Shown: piece after piece, positions 1 through 9,788 of the stretch
How the letters are laid out: each line of letters opens with the position of its first letter
Position numbering within the stretch: the first letter of the stretch is position 1
NCBI GenBank assembly: GCA_020027535.1
Contig: JAHRAK010000002.1
Coordinates: 4,646-68,645 of the forward strand
Length of the DNA stretch: 64,000 bases
Reading direction: 5' to 3'
Source: Nitrospirales bacterium
GTDB lineage: Bacteria > Nitrospirota > Nitrospiria > Nitrospirales > UBA8639
Notes under the pieces: generated by a model
What the model saw: only the letters and a program-made list of their open reading frames with translations
What the model was told of the DNA's origin: nothing
Databases searched by the model: none
Position numbers and translations under genes: made by a program

Positions 1-1872
1 CGGATCCCGATGCTTGCCCACAGTGCCGTGAGCGCACATTCCAGCGCATAGAGTGCCGGCTGCATCCTTGCCGCGTCGTTCGGATGACCCGGCGCTTGAC
101 CGAACAGCACGTCCAGCAACGAGGCGCCCTGTGCTTCCCGCAGGACCGAGTCGCAGCGGTCCAAGACCGCCCGTACCACCGGCTCGCTCGCGTAGAGCGC
201 TTCTCCCATTCCAATCCACTGGCCCACTTGGCCCGTATAGACGAACGCCACCTTGGTTGGTGCCCGTGGCTCCGTCCGTGTCCTGTTCTCCAGCTTTCTC
301 AACCCGTCCCGCAAGGACTCGGCGTCGCGGAAGACCACGCCCGCGCGGTGCGCGAAATGACTCCGCCCCACGCCCGCGGTCCATGCCATGTCCGCAAGCA
401 GGGAATCGACGGTGTCCTCGGACGAGAACTCGTATTCGTCGAGCCACGACAGGTACCGGCCCGCCAGTTCCCGCAGGGCATTGTCCGACTTTCCCGACAG
501 GGGCAGGACACGCGTCTGGCGCGCGGCGAGCCCTTCCTTTGCCAAGGGCAGGTCCGCCACCGGCTCCGGCAGGGCAATGGCCACGGGTTGCGCGGCACCG
601 GCAGGCTGACGCTGTGTACCGACGCCGGCGCCTGCCCCGTATCCTTCCACGACCACGTGCGCATTCGTCCCCGAGATGCCGAACGCACTGACCGCCGCAA
701 ACGGCGGCCGATCGGGGTGCACGGGCCAGTGCGTCGCATCGGAAGTCACGCGTACGGGTAACCGGTCCCACTCCAGGTTCGGGTTGGGGTTACGGAAGTG
801 CAGGTGCCTGGGAATCACGCCCTGGTTCATCGCCAGGATGACTTTGATCAGGCCCGCAACCCCTGCAGCCGGCTCCAGGTGCCCGATGTTGGTCTTCACC
901 GAGCCGATCAACAGCGGGTGCTCCGCTTCGCGTCCCTTGCCGTACACCGCCGCCGCCGACTGCACTTCGATCGTGTCACCCAACTCCGATGCGGATCCGT
1001 GGGCTTCCAAATAGTCCACGTCCGCCGGGGACACGCCTGCCCGGGACAGTGCCTCTTCAATCACCCGCTCCTGCACCGGACCATTGGGCACTGTCGGCCC
1101 TGCGCTTGCCCCATTCTGGTTGACCGCCGAACCACGAATCACCCCCCAGATCCGGTCGCCGTCGGCCTTCGCCTCGTGGAGCCGTTTCAGGACGACCATG
1201 CCGCAGCCCTCGCCCCGCACGAAGCCGTCCGCAGAGGCCTCGAAGGTTTTGCATTCACCCGTCCGCGACAACATTCTCAAATCCGCCATCTCTCTGATTA
1301 TCCCGGATGACAGGATTGCGCTCACGCCTCCGACGAGTGCCATGTTCACTTCGCCTCGTTGCAAAGCCGCGACCGCGTGATGCAGGGTGACCAGTGACGA
1401 CGCACAGTTGAGTTCCACCGGCATCGTCGGCCCCTCCAAACCCAGATGAAAGGCGACCCGCCCGACCGCCATGCTCGCGGCGGTGCCCAGATAGTTGACG
1501 CCGTCATCGCCCATTGTCATCAGGTCCCGGTACTCACTGGCGCCGATCCCGGCGTACACCCCCGTGCGGCTGCCCCTCAACCGTTCCGGATCTATCCCGG
1601 CATCCTCGATCGCCTGCCAGCTCGTCTCCAGCATCGTGCGTTGCCGAGGATCCATCAGGCGCGCCTCGATCGGCGTAATCCGGAAGAAGCCTGCGTCGAA
1701 TTTGTCGATCTCTTCCACAAATGCGCCCCGGCAGTAAGAGGCGTACCCGGTCGGAAGGCCTCCGGCGAGATCGCTCCAGGCATCGGTCCCCGGCCGCCTG
1801 TCGGTCACCGCGTTCGCGCCCGCTTCGAGCAGACGCCAGAAGGCCGGGAGATCCGGAGCGCCGGGGACCGGC
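1..1872 (-). CDS. Type I polyketide synthase, module-2 KS-AT (partial, continues beyond left edge; separated from the upstream ACP by a 1-nt frameshift)
   Basis: My translation of the minus strand from about 1872 down to 1 is open throughout. It is missing from the ORF track because there is no stop in the window. Motifs seen: FPGAPDLPAFWRLLEAG, LNCASSLV (active-site Cys), EAHGSASELGD and KTNIGHLEPAAG (KS), then VAFVYTGQVGQWIGMGEALYASEP (AT start). It is clearly paralogous to 7340-9300. Confidence 0.85.
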
Positions 1873-2428
1873 AGGCCATGCCCACGATGGCAATCGGGTC
1901 GTCCTCGCGCGCTATTGCCGGACGTACCTCCGGCTCGGGTTGCGCTCGTGGGACGGGTTCGGTGGCGACCTCGCCGAGTTCGCCAACCAGATGACCAGCG
2001 AGACCGGCGATGTTCGGGTAGTCGAACACCAGCGTGTTGGGCGCCGTGTACGTCCCGGAAAACGCCCGGTTCAACCGGTTCCGCAACTCCACGGCCATGA
2101 GCGAGTCCATCCCCAGATCGAAGAACCCTACCGTCGGCGCCGGTGCCGACGGCAGACGAAGCACCGACTGCACTTCCCGTTGCAGAAACGACACCAACAG
2201 GTTTTCGCGCTCCGCTGCCGGCGTGCCCCGCAAACGGGACAGCACGTCGTCAGAAGAGGCCGAAGCATCGTCCTCGGAGGTCACGGAAAGCAATTCATCG
2301 AGCAGGGGCGGACGGTTTTCGAGCGCCTCTCCAAACACCGACCAGTCCATCGCCATCACGACGGAGGTTGTGGCGTCCTGGCGCACAGCCTGTCGAACGC
2401 CTTGAGTCCCTGCTGCGGGGTGAACCAA
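1805..2428 (-). CDS. PKS segment: ACP domain plus first motif of the next KS (frame-broken piece of the same megasynthase)
   Basis: The 207-aa ORF contains FFDLGMDSLMAVELRNRL (ACP DSL motif), a linker, then EDDPIAIVGMACR (KS N-terminal motif). It then runs out of frame to a stop. Confidence 0.8.
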   Translation of the reverse strand: MVHPAAGTQGVRQAVRQDATTSVVMAMDWSVFGEALENRPPLLDELLSVTSEDDASASSDDVLSRLRGTPAAERENLLVSFLQREVQSVLRLPSAPAPTVGFFDLGMDSLMAVELRNRLNRAFSGTYTAPNTLVFDYPNIAGLAGHLVGELGEVATEPVPRAQPEPEVRPAIAREDDPIAIVGMACRSPALRISRPSGVCSKRARTR

Positions 2429-3666
2429 CCCCCGCCGAATGCCGCCCGTTGCCGGTCGATCCGCTCCCGTTGTTCTTCCGCTTCGCCGAGCCCAGACCAG
2501 GCCCCCCAGGCAATGGCCTGTCCGGGCAGTCCCAGCGCGCGGCGGTGACCGGCGAGTTGGTCCAGGAATGCATTGGCCGCGGCGTGGTTCGCCTGGCCCG
2601 GATTGCCCATCACGCCGACGATGCTGGAAAAGAGGATGAAGAAATCCAGGTCACGGTCCATGGTTGCCCGGTGCAAGTGCCAGGCCCCGAGCACCTTCGG
2701 CCACAGCACCGTCTCGAACTTCTCCCAAGTCTGATTCCCGATCGCCCCGTCCGACAACACGCCCACGCTGTGGATCACACCTCCGAGCGGCGGCAGGTCA
2801 CGATCAATCCGCTCCAGCATGCGGTCCATGGCTTCCGCGTCCGTCACGTCCGCCAATTCCACCCGGACCGTCACCCCGCGTTTCCTGAGCGCGTCGATTG
2901 TTTCTTCGGCTGCCTCGTCAGGTGCGCGACGCCCGTTCAGCACGATCGTTCCCGCTCCCCGGTCGGCGAGCCAGTTGGCCATGACGCACCCGATTCCGCC
3001 CAGACCGCCGGTCACGAGGTAGGTCCGGTCCTGTCGCAACCGGCCGCTCTCCAGTGGCGATGTTGCGAGGACGATCTTGCCGATGTGCCGGGCCGCGCGC
3101 ATGAACTTCATGGCCGGCCCCGCTTCGGTCAGGGGCCACCGGCTGTGGATGATCGGTGTCAGTTCTCCCGCTTCCAGCCGTTTCATCACGCGCCTCAGGG
3201 CGTCTCCCGGCTCCGCCGGAAAGTCTTCCTTGAGCACGTCCAGCTTCAAAATCCAGTAGGCCAGGTCAGGCCGCGCTGCCGCCATCTGCTCCTCACTGTA
3301 GATGTCCACCCTGGCCAACTCCACGAACCGACCTCCCTGCTTCAGGCAGGACAGGCTCGCGTCGATGAAGCCTTCTCCGGTCAGGCTGTTCAGCACCACG
3401 TCCACACCCGCACCGTCCGTAGCTTCGAGGATCTCCTTGCCGAACGCGGTCGTGCGGCTGTCGAACACGTGCGTCACGCCCAGTGACCGGAGATAAGCCT
3501 GCTTGCGCGCGCTTGCGGTGGCGAAGACCTCCGCTCCCGCGGCCTGTGCCATCTGGATGGCTGCCAGGCCGACGCCGCCCGCGCCCGCGTGAATCAGCAC
3601 TCGCTCACCGGCCTCCAGCCCCGAGAGATCGAACGACAGCACGGCCGACACGCATGCGGTCGGCAT
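2356..3666 (-). CDS. PKS segment: enoylreductase (C-terminal half) plus ketoreductase domains
   Basis: The 436-aa ORF contains ERVLIHAGAGGVGLAAIQMAQAAGAEVFATAS (ER nucleotide fold), YLVTGGLGGIGCVMANWLADRGA (KR Rossmann fold) and GQANHAAANAFLD (KR catalytic motif with His where Tyr is expected). Both ends continue in other frames. Confidence 0.85.
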   Translation of the reverse strand: MPTACVSAVLSFDLSGLEAGERVLIHAGAGGVGLAAIQMAQAAGAEVFATASARKQAYLRSLGVTHVFDSRTTAFGKEILEATDGAGVDVVLNSLTGEGFIDASLSCLKQGGRFVELARVDIYSEEQMAAARPDLAYWILKLDVLKEDFPAEPGDALRRVMKRLEAGELTPIIHSRWPLTEAGPAMKFMRAARHIGKIVLATSPLESGRLRQDRTYLVTGGLGGIGCVMANWLADRGAGTIVLNGRRAPDEAAEETIDALRKRGVTVRVELADVTDAEAMDRMLERIDRDLPPLGGVIHSVGVLSDGAIGNQTWEKFETVLWPKVLGAWHLHRATMDRDLDFFILFSSIVGVMGNPGQANHAAANAFLDQLAGHRRALGLPGQAIAWGAWSGLGEAEEQRERIDRQRAAFGGGWFTPQQGLKAFDRLCARTPQPPS

Positions 3667-6600
3667 CGTGGCCAGCGCCGTGACCGGGTATGCCTGCCGG
3701 CGCGCGCGCCACCATCTCCTCCCGCGTCACGGTCTCCGATCCGAAGGTGCCGAACGCCAATCCCACCACGAGGTCCCCTGCCGAGACGGTCGTCACGTCG
3801 GCTCCCGTTTCGAGGACCCCGCCGCAGAATTCCCCGTCCAACAATCCGACGTCGATCAGGCCGATTGCGCGGAACACGTCCCAGAAGTTGAGCCCGGTCG
3901 CCTCGATGGCCACGCGCACGTCACGTGGTTTCAGGGAACGCGCCGGCAAGGGCTCTGCCCGCATTCTCTCGAGCGACCCGCCGGCATCGGGCTCCAGCAG
4001 CCAACCCGACTCTTCAGGCAACATGAGCCGTTCCGTCACTGATCCGGCCCGAACCAGGCGGGCGGCCTGACGGCGTCCGAAACGATAGGCGACGTGGGTT
4101 TCGGGGTCGGGGTACAGTAACTCATTGGCGAGGTCGGCCCGGGGCGCCGTCAGTTCGGGGTCGAGATCGATCATCCTCGGCTGCAAGTGGATTGCTTCCC
4201 GGGCCACCACCTTGCCGAACCCCCACAGCGTGGCGCCGGCCAGTTCTCCGCCACGTTCCCGCTCCAATACCTGCGCCCCGCGTGTGACCAGCCACAGGCC
4301 TTTCGCCGGCGTCGCGTCCGAGTCGAGCAGGGCCTGCACCAGCGCCAGTGCGCTCGCCCCGGCTTGTGTCACGTCCTCCGCCATGTCCCCGGTCGTGGCC
4401 TGCGCCCCGTGACCGTCCAGCGCCGTGAAATGGACCACGCCGTGGAGCGGCACGTCCCGGGGCAGTTTCTCCAAGAACGATTGCCAGGACTCGCGACGCC
4501 CCGGTTCCACGGTGGTCTCGAAGACACCGGCTCCGGTCGGTGCCGGTCTTCCGTTTTCCGGCGCTTCGCTGCTCGCCAGCACGACGGTCTGGTTCCGCGC
4601 AGCCAATTCTTTTGACAGTTCCGTTGCGACGCCGCTGCGGTCCGTCGCCATCACCCACACGCCGGGAGCCTCGGTGACCTCCGCCGGCCCCTGCGCCACG
4701 ATCACACCCCGGTCCGGGTTCGCGTTGGGGTCCGACTCGTCGACTCCCAGGACCGCGACTTCGCCGAACCCCGCGTCTCCGAGCGCTCGCCGCCACACCG
4801 CGGGACTTGCCAAGGCGTGGTGCGGACGGTAGGCGTCGGCAAACCGCCACCAGCCGTCCAACTGTCCGAACGTCAGGTCCAGCCAACCCTGATCTCGCAG
4901 GTTTTCCAGCGCCACCAACTGACCCGACGGCGCGAGCAGCGCCAGGCAGTGGGCCAGCGTCTCGTTGAGATACCTCGTGGCGTGCAGCACGTTGGATGCA
5001 ATGATCAAGTCATACCCGTGCGCGTCGAAGCCCTGTGCCATTGGATCTGCTTCGATATCCAACACTCGGTATTCGATCGACGCCTCCTTGCTTCCGAATC
5101 GCGACTCCGCTTCCGAAAAGAAGCCGGCCGAGATGTCCGTATAGATGTAGTCGAACCGCCCGTCCGGGAGTTCCGGCAGCACCGACGCTGTCCCCGACCC
5201 GGTGCCGGCGCCGACCTCCAATACCCGCAGCCTCCTTCCGTCCGGCGCCTCCAGCACACCGTTCTTGGCCAGCATTTCCAGCATGCGGCGGAACAGGCGC
5301 TCGTGTTCCGCTCCGACCTTGAAGCGCTGACGCAATTCCCCGGAGTCCACGGTCTCGCCTACGGTGCGCTTCCAGCCCAGCTTGTCCAGGGTCATGAGCG
5401 CATAGGACCACGACAGGCGTTCCAGGTCTTCCAGCAAGGCGGCTCGGTCTCCGGCTTCGACGCTTTCGGCCGCCAGGTACTCGGTGAACGGACCCAAGCG
5501 GGCCGCGATGGTTGCCGGACTCGTGAGGAAATCCGCGGACGGCATGCCCGGCGCAAGTGCACGGTCGCGCCACACGACTTCATACAGCAACTCGTTAATT
5601 TCTTCGGTTGCCGAGAGCAGGGCAGCCCGCGTCGCCCGCTTCACCGTGTATCCGGTGAACTCGCCCAGCAAGGTCCCGCTTGCGTCGTAGATATGAAGGT
5701 CAGCGGCCAGGACTTCCGGCAACTCGCTCGTATCCTCGGCCGGCTTCCGGGTCGCCTCATGCATGCGCACGTGACAGACCACCCGGTCCGGGAGCCGCCC
5801 TGCCAGCCACAGCCGTTCCCAACCGAACGGCAGATAGGTGATTCCGTCTTCGGCTCCGGCCGGATTGCGCGCCGCCCCTATGACCTGGAAGCAACCGTCC
5901 AGCAGGAGCGGGTGGACGTCGAGTCCGTTTTGGCCGAGCGCTTCCGGGAACGTCACCTCCCCCAATGCTTCGCCGGGCCGTGACCAGACCCTCCCCAGAG
6001 TCCGGAACGACGGACCGAGATCGATCCCGACTCCGGCCTTGGCGCGGTAGAAGGCCGGTACGTTCATCGGCGACAGCTCGGCCTTCAGGCTTTCCAGGTC
6101 CACTCTCGTTCCGGCTTCCGGCGTGCGGGACCCGGACGAGATCCGGCCTTCCGCGTGCAACGTCCATCCCTCGTCGCTGCCCCCTTTGCTGAGGATCTGG
6201 ACACGGCGTCCCTGTCCATCCCCGGAATCATCGAGCAGTACCTGCACGGTCCGGCCCTTTTCACCGGCTCTGTCTTCGGAGTCGTCCTCCGGGAAGACCA
6301 GCGCGCTCTGCATCAGGAAATCCTCGACCATCACCGATCCGCTCCCTTCGAGAAGGGAAGCTGCTGTCGCCATGGCGCCATAGAGCGCCCCGGGTGCAAT
6401 CACCCGGTCGAACACCCGGTGGTCATTCATCCACGCCGGATCCGACGAAAACAGTTCCGTCTCGAACGTGATCTCGCCCCGAGCGGATTCGTGCCGGATG
6501 CCCAGCAGCGCATGACCCGTGCTCTGGCGCCGCCGCTTTGGCGCCTCGATCCAGTGGCGTTCGCGCTGGAACGGATAGCCCGGCAGCGAGATCCGGCGAC

Positions 6601-9391
6601 GCGCTTCTCCCGCGAATAGCCCTGCGAAACGAATCGGGAGTCCCGCGGCGTACGCCCCGGCGACCGCTTTCACGAACGTGGAGTCGCCTGCAGGGGCATT
6701 GTCGGATGGTTGACGCAGACTCCACAGTACCACCGGTGACGGTGTCTGCTCCGACTCCGGCCAACTCAGGGACACCATCGGCCCGAGCACGGAATGCGGC
6801 CCGATTTCCATCACGAGGTCGACCCCGAGGTCCGCCAACGTCCTGACACCGGAGGCGAACGCCACCGGCTGTCGGGCATGTCGCTTCCAGTAGGCCCCGT
6901 TCAGCACCTCGCCGGGCTCGATCGCACGGCCCGTCAGATTGCTGACCAGAGCCAGGGAGGGAGGTTGGATCGCCACACCGTCCAAGGACGCTTCCAGATC
7001 GTCCAGCGCCGGCTCCACCAAGGCGCTGTGCGCTCCCAGCGTCGTGTTCAACCGGTTGACCAGGAGGCCCTCGGCTTGAAAGCGCTCCGATATTGCCTCA
7101 ACTGCCTCGATTGAGCCGCTGACCACCTGATGCGATCCATTGTCCGCCGCAATGCTCACACCTGCGCCTCCAACTGTCGCGTTTTGCTCACGCACGGCCG
7201 TTGCCACCTGCGGCGCCGGCGCAAACACCGCTGCCATCGCGCCTGCTTCCGGCAGAGTCGCCATCAGCGCACCCCGCGTCGAGGCAAACCGCAGCCCATC
7301 CTCCAGGCTGAACACTCCGGCGGCCTGCGCTGCGGCCAATTCACCCAGGCTGTGACCCATCACCACGTCCGGTCGAATTCCCACGCTCGCCCACAGCGCT
7401 GTGAGCGCACACTCCAGCGCATAGATCGCCGGCTGCGTCCACGCCATGTCGTGCAGGCTGGCCCCCGAGGCCCCGGCCCGCCCGAACATCACGTCCAGTA
7501 ACGAGGCGCCCCGCGTTTCCCGTAATACCTCGTCGCAACGGTCCAGCACCGCCCGCACCACCGGCTCGCTTGCGTAGAGCGCCTCTCCCATCCCGACCCA
7601 TTGGCTGGCTTGGCCGGTGTATGCGAACGCCACCTTGGTCGCCGCCCCTGGCCCCGGTCCTTCGTTCGCTTCCGCCAACTGTTTCAGTTGATCCCGCAGC
7701 GATGCGGCGTTGTGAAACACCACGCCCGCGCGGTGACTGAAATGACTCCGCCCGGTGCCGGCGGTCCACGCCATATCCGCCAGCAATGGATCGACGGCGT
7801 TCCCTGATGACAGTTCGTGTTCGTCGAGCCACGACAGGTATTGCTTTGCCAGATCCCGGAGAGCCCTGGCCGATTTCCCCGACAGGGGCAGGACCCGCGT
7901 CGTTCGCGCGGAGAACTCTTCCGTTTTCACCGGCAGGTCCACCGCAGCCTCCGATCGTGCCACGGCCACGGGTTGCGCGGCGCCGGTGGGCCACTGTTGT
8001 TCATCGGCTCCGGGGGCGTCCGGAGCAGGATACCCTTCCACGATCACGTGCGCGTTCGTGCCCGACCATCCGAACCCGCTCACGCCCGCGAGCGGGGGAC
8101 GGGCGAAATGGCGCGGCCACGGCGTCGGCGCTGCCGTGACTTGCAATGGCATCCGGCTCCAGTCCACTTGCGGCGTCGGCTCTCGGAAATGCAGGTGTTT
8201 CGGAATTACGCCCCGCTGCATCGCCAGGATTACCTTGATGAGACCCGCGACCCCCGCGGCCGACTCCAGGTGGCCGAAGTTGGTCTTCACGGAACCGATG
8301 AGCAGCGGCCGGTCCGCTTCGCGTCCCTTGGCGTAGGCCGTTCCCATGGCCTGCAACTCGATCGGGTCGCCCACGATCGTGCCGGTGCCGTGCGCCTCCA
8401 CGTAGTCCACGTGCGAGGGCAGGACTCCGGCGCTGCGCAACGCCTCCTCGATGCACCGTTCCTGCGCCGTCCCGTTCGGGACCGTCAGGCCCGGGCTTGC
8501 CCCGTCCTGGTTCAATGCCGTACTCCGGATCACCCCCCAGATCCGGTCGCCGTCCGCTTCCGCCTCGCTCAGTCGTTTGAGGACCACGATGCCGCAGCCT
8601 TCGCCCCGCACGTACCCGTTCGCCGCGGCGTCGAACGTCGCGCACCGCCCGTCCGGCGACAACATCCCGGCGTTCGCGCGCAGTTCCAGCAGCCGGCCGG
8701 ACAGGATCGTGTGGACGCCTCCGGCAAGCGCAAGATCCGTCTCACCTCGCTGCAGGCCCGTCACCGCCTGGTGGATCGCCACCAGTGAGGATGAGCAGGC
8801 GGTGTCCACGGCCATCGCCGCTCCCTCCAGACCCAGCGCGAAGGCCACCCGGCCGATGGCCGTGTTATAGGACGTGCCGGTGACCGTATACAGGCTGGCG
8901 GCAGGGTCGGCCGAATCGACGGAGGCCAAAATCAGCCGCCGGTATTCGTTGTTGCTGATTCCCGCGTACACCCCGGTACGGCTGCCCCTCAGCCGCTCAG
9001 GGTCTATCCCCGCGTCTTCGAGCGCGAGCCAACTCGTTTCCAGCATCAGTCGCTGCTGCGGGTCCAGCAATTGCGCCTCGACCGGCGAAATGCGGAAGAA
9101 CGCGGCGTCGAACAGGTCGAGCCCGTCGAGATAGGCGCCGAACCGGCATGCTTTGCTCTGAACCGCATTGGGGAACAACTGGCCCACGCGTCCGACGCCG
9201 GAACCCGGCACGCCTTCCGACACCGCGTTCACTCCGGCTTCGAGCAGACGCCAGAAGGCCTGGAGGTCCGGGGCGCCGGGAAACCGGCACGCCATCCCCA
9301 CGATTGCTATCGGCTGGTCGAATCCCTTTCGTGTTCGACCTTCAGGTTTCCTGCGTTGTTTTTTGGAAGGCTCTGAAGATTTTTTCATCAT
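3605..9391 (-). CDS. Type I polyketide synthase, module 1: KS-AT-DH-C-methyltransferase-(KR structural)-ER N-terminal half
   Basis: The 1928-aa ORF contains IAIVGMACRFPG, DTACSSSLV, EAHGTGT and NFGH (KS) and GHSLGE (AT). It also has HALLG...NDHRVFDRVIAPGA (DH), LEVGAGTGSGT (SAM methyltransferase) and IEATGLNFWDVF (ER start). It begins directly with KS. Confidence 0.92.
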   Translation of the reverse strand: MMKKSSEPSKKQRRKPEGRTRKGFDQPIAIVGMACRFPGAPDLQAFWRLLEAGVNAVSEGVPGSGVGRVGQLFPNAVQSKACRFGAYLDGLDLFDAAFFRISPVEAQLLDPQQRLMLETSWLALEDAGIDPERLRGSRTGVYAGISNNEYRRLILASVDSADPAASLYTVTGTSYNTAIGRVAFALGLEGAAMAVDTACSSSLVAIHQAVTGLQRGETDLALAGGVHTILSGRLLELRANAGMLSPDGRCATFDAAANGYVRGEGCGIVVLKRLSEAEADGDRIWGVIRSTALNQDGASPGLTVPNGTAQERCIEEALRSAGVLPSHVDYVEAHGTGTIVGDPIELQAMGTAYAKGREADRPLLIGSVKTNFGHLESAAGVAGLIKVILAMQRGVIPKHLHFREPTPQVDWSRMPLQVTAAPTPWPRHFARPPLAGVSGFGWSGTNAHVIVEGYPAPDAPGADEQQWPTGAAQPVAVARSEAAVDLPVKTEEFSARTTRVLPLSGKSARALRDLAKQYLSWLDEHELSSGNAVDPLLADMAWTAGTGRSHFSHRAGVVFHNAASLRDQLKQLAEANEGPGPGAATKVAFAYTGQASQWVGMGEALYASEPVVRAVLDRCDEVLRETRGASLLDVMFGRAGASGASLHDMAWTQPAIYALECALTALWASVGIRPDVVMGHSLGELAAAQAAGVFSLEDGLRFASTRGALMATLPEAGAMAAVFAPAPQVATAVREQNATVGGAGVSIAADNGSHQVVSGSIEAVEAISERFQAEGLLVNRLNTTLGAHSALVEPALDDLEASLDGVAIQPPSLALVSNLTGRAIEPGEVLNGAYWKRHARQPVAFASGVRTLADLGVDLVMEIGPHSVLGPMVSLSWPESEQTPSPVVLWSLRQPSDNAPAGDSTFVKAVAGAYAAGLPIRFAGLFAGEARRRISLPGYPFQRERHWIEAPKRRRQSTGHALLGIRHESARGEITFETELFSSDPAWMNDHRVFDRVIAPGALYGAMATAASLLEGSGSVMVEDFLMQSALVFPEDDSEDRAGEKGRTVQVLLDDSGDGQGRRVQILSKGGSDEGWTLHAEGRISSGSRTPEAGTRVDLESLKAELSPMNVPAFYRAKAGVGIDLGPSFRTLGRVWSRPGEALGEVTFPEALGQNGLDVHPLLLDGCFQVIGAARNPAGAEDGITYLPFGWERLWLAGRLPDRVVCHVRMHEATRKPAEDTSELPEVLAADLHIYDASGTLLGEFTGYTVKRATRAALLSATEEINELLYEVVWRDRALAPGMPSADFLTSPATIAARLGPFTEYLAAESVEAGDRAALLEDLERLSWSYALMTLDKLGWKRTVGETVDSGELRQRFKVGAEHERLFRRMLEMLAKNGVLEAPDGRRLRVLEVGAGTGSGTASVLPELPDGRFDYIYTDISAGFFSEAESRFGSKEASIEYRVLDIEADPMAQGFDAHGYDLIIASNVLHATRYLNETLAHCLALLAPSGQLVALENLRDQGWLDLTFGQLDGWWRFADAYRPHHALASPAVWRRALGDAGFGEVAVLGVDESDPNANPDRGVIVAQGPAEVTEAPGVWVMATDRSGVATELSKELAARNQTVVLASSEAPENGRPAPTGAGVFETTVEPGRRESWQSFLEKLPRDVPLHGVVHFTALDGHGAQATTGDMAEDVTQAGASALALVQALLDSDATPAKGLWLVTRGAQVLERERGGELAGATLWGFGKVVAREAIHLQPRMIDLDPELTAPRADLANELLYPDPETHVAYRFGRRQAARLVRAGSVTERLMLPEESGWLLEPDAGGSLERMRAEPLPARSLKPRDVRVAIEATGLNFWDVFRAIGLIDVGLLDGEFCGGVLETGADVTTVSAGDLVVGLAFGTFGSETVTREEMVARAPAGIPGHGAGHDADRMRVGRAVVRSLGAGGR

Positions 9392-9454
9392 CGAAACACG
9401 CTGTTTTCGTCAGGAGGGTACTAGTGCAGTTCCTTTCTCTAGCGACCGTCCCGG

Positions 9455-9484
9455 CATTATCGTGCGACTTCCTCTGACAGTCAA
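9455..9484 (-). promoter_or_regulatory. Candidate sigma70-type promoter for the PKS gene (TTGACT-18-GATAAT on the minus strand)
   Basis: The reverse complement reads TTGACTgtcagagggaagtcgcacGATAAT, about 60 nt upstream of the ATG at 9391. Confidence 0.25.
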
Positions 9485-9556
9485 TCGTGAACGTGGAGAG
9501 GGGCATGCTGAGTCATGGCTCGGGGCGAGGGAGTGAATAGAATTTACTCTCCCTTG

Positions 9557-9592
9557 ATGGGAGAGGATGAAGGTGAGGGTGGTAAAAGCCTT
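9557..9592. repeat. Palindromic repeat family C (CTCTCCC..GGGAGAG plus CCCTCACC motif), inverted orientation
   Basis: The sequence ctctcccttgatgggagaggatgaaggtgagggtgg is the reverse-complement type of the copies at 16552-16592 and 46251-46290. Confidence 0.6.
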
Positions 9593-9788
9593 TGACTTTG
9601 TTGTCATTCCTGTATGTGTTCAGTCATTCGTTGACACGTTTCGGTTTTTCTTTCCCTCGCCTTTGAAAGACAACCCCCTCAATCCCCCTTCTCAGGGGGA
9701 CGGCAGAACTCCGCTCCCCCCTGACAAGGGGGGCCGGGGGGTTCAGGAGGGGCGGACCGGCGTGTCCGCCCTCCCTTCTTTCGTTCTG

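Noticed and set aside
53-9391. Numerous long plus-strand and off-frame ORFs over the PKS (for example 2143..3486, 4817..5983, 7817..8788, 4122..4886)
   Set aside because: They have Arg/Pro/Gly/Ala-rich low-complexity translations with no motifs. They are typical shadow ORFs of a very GC-rich gene whose true frame (minus strand) carries every PKS signature.
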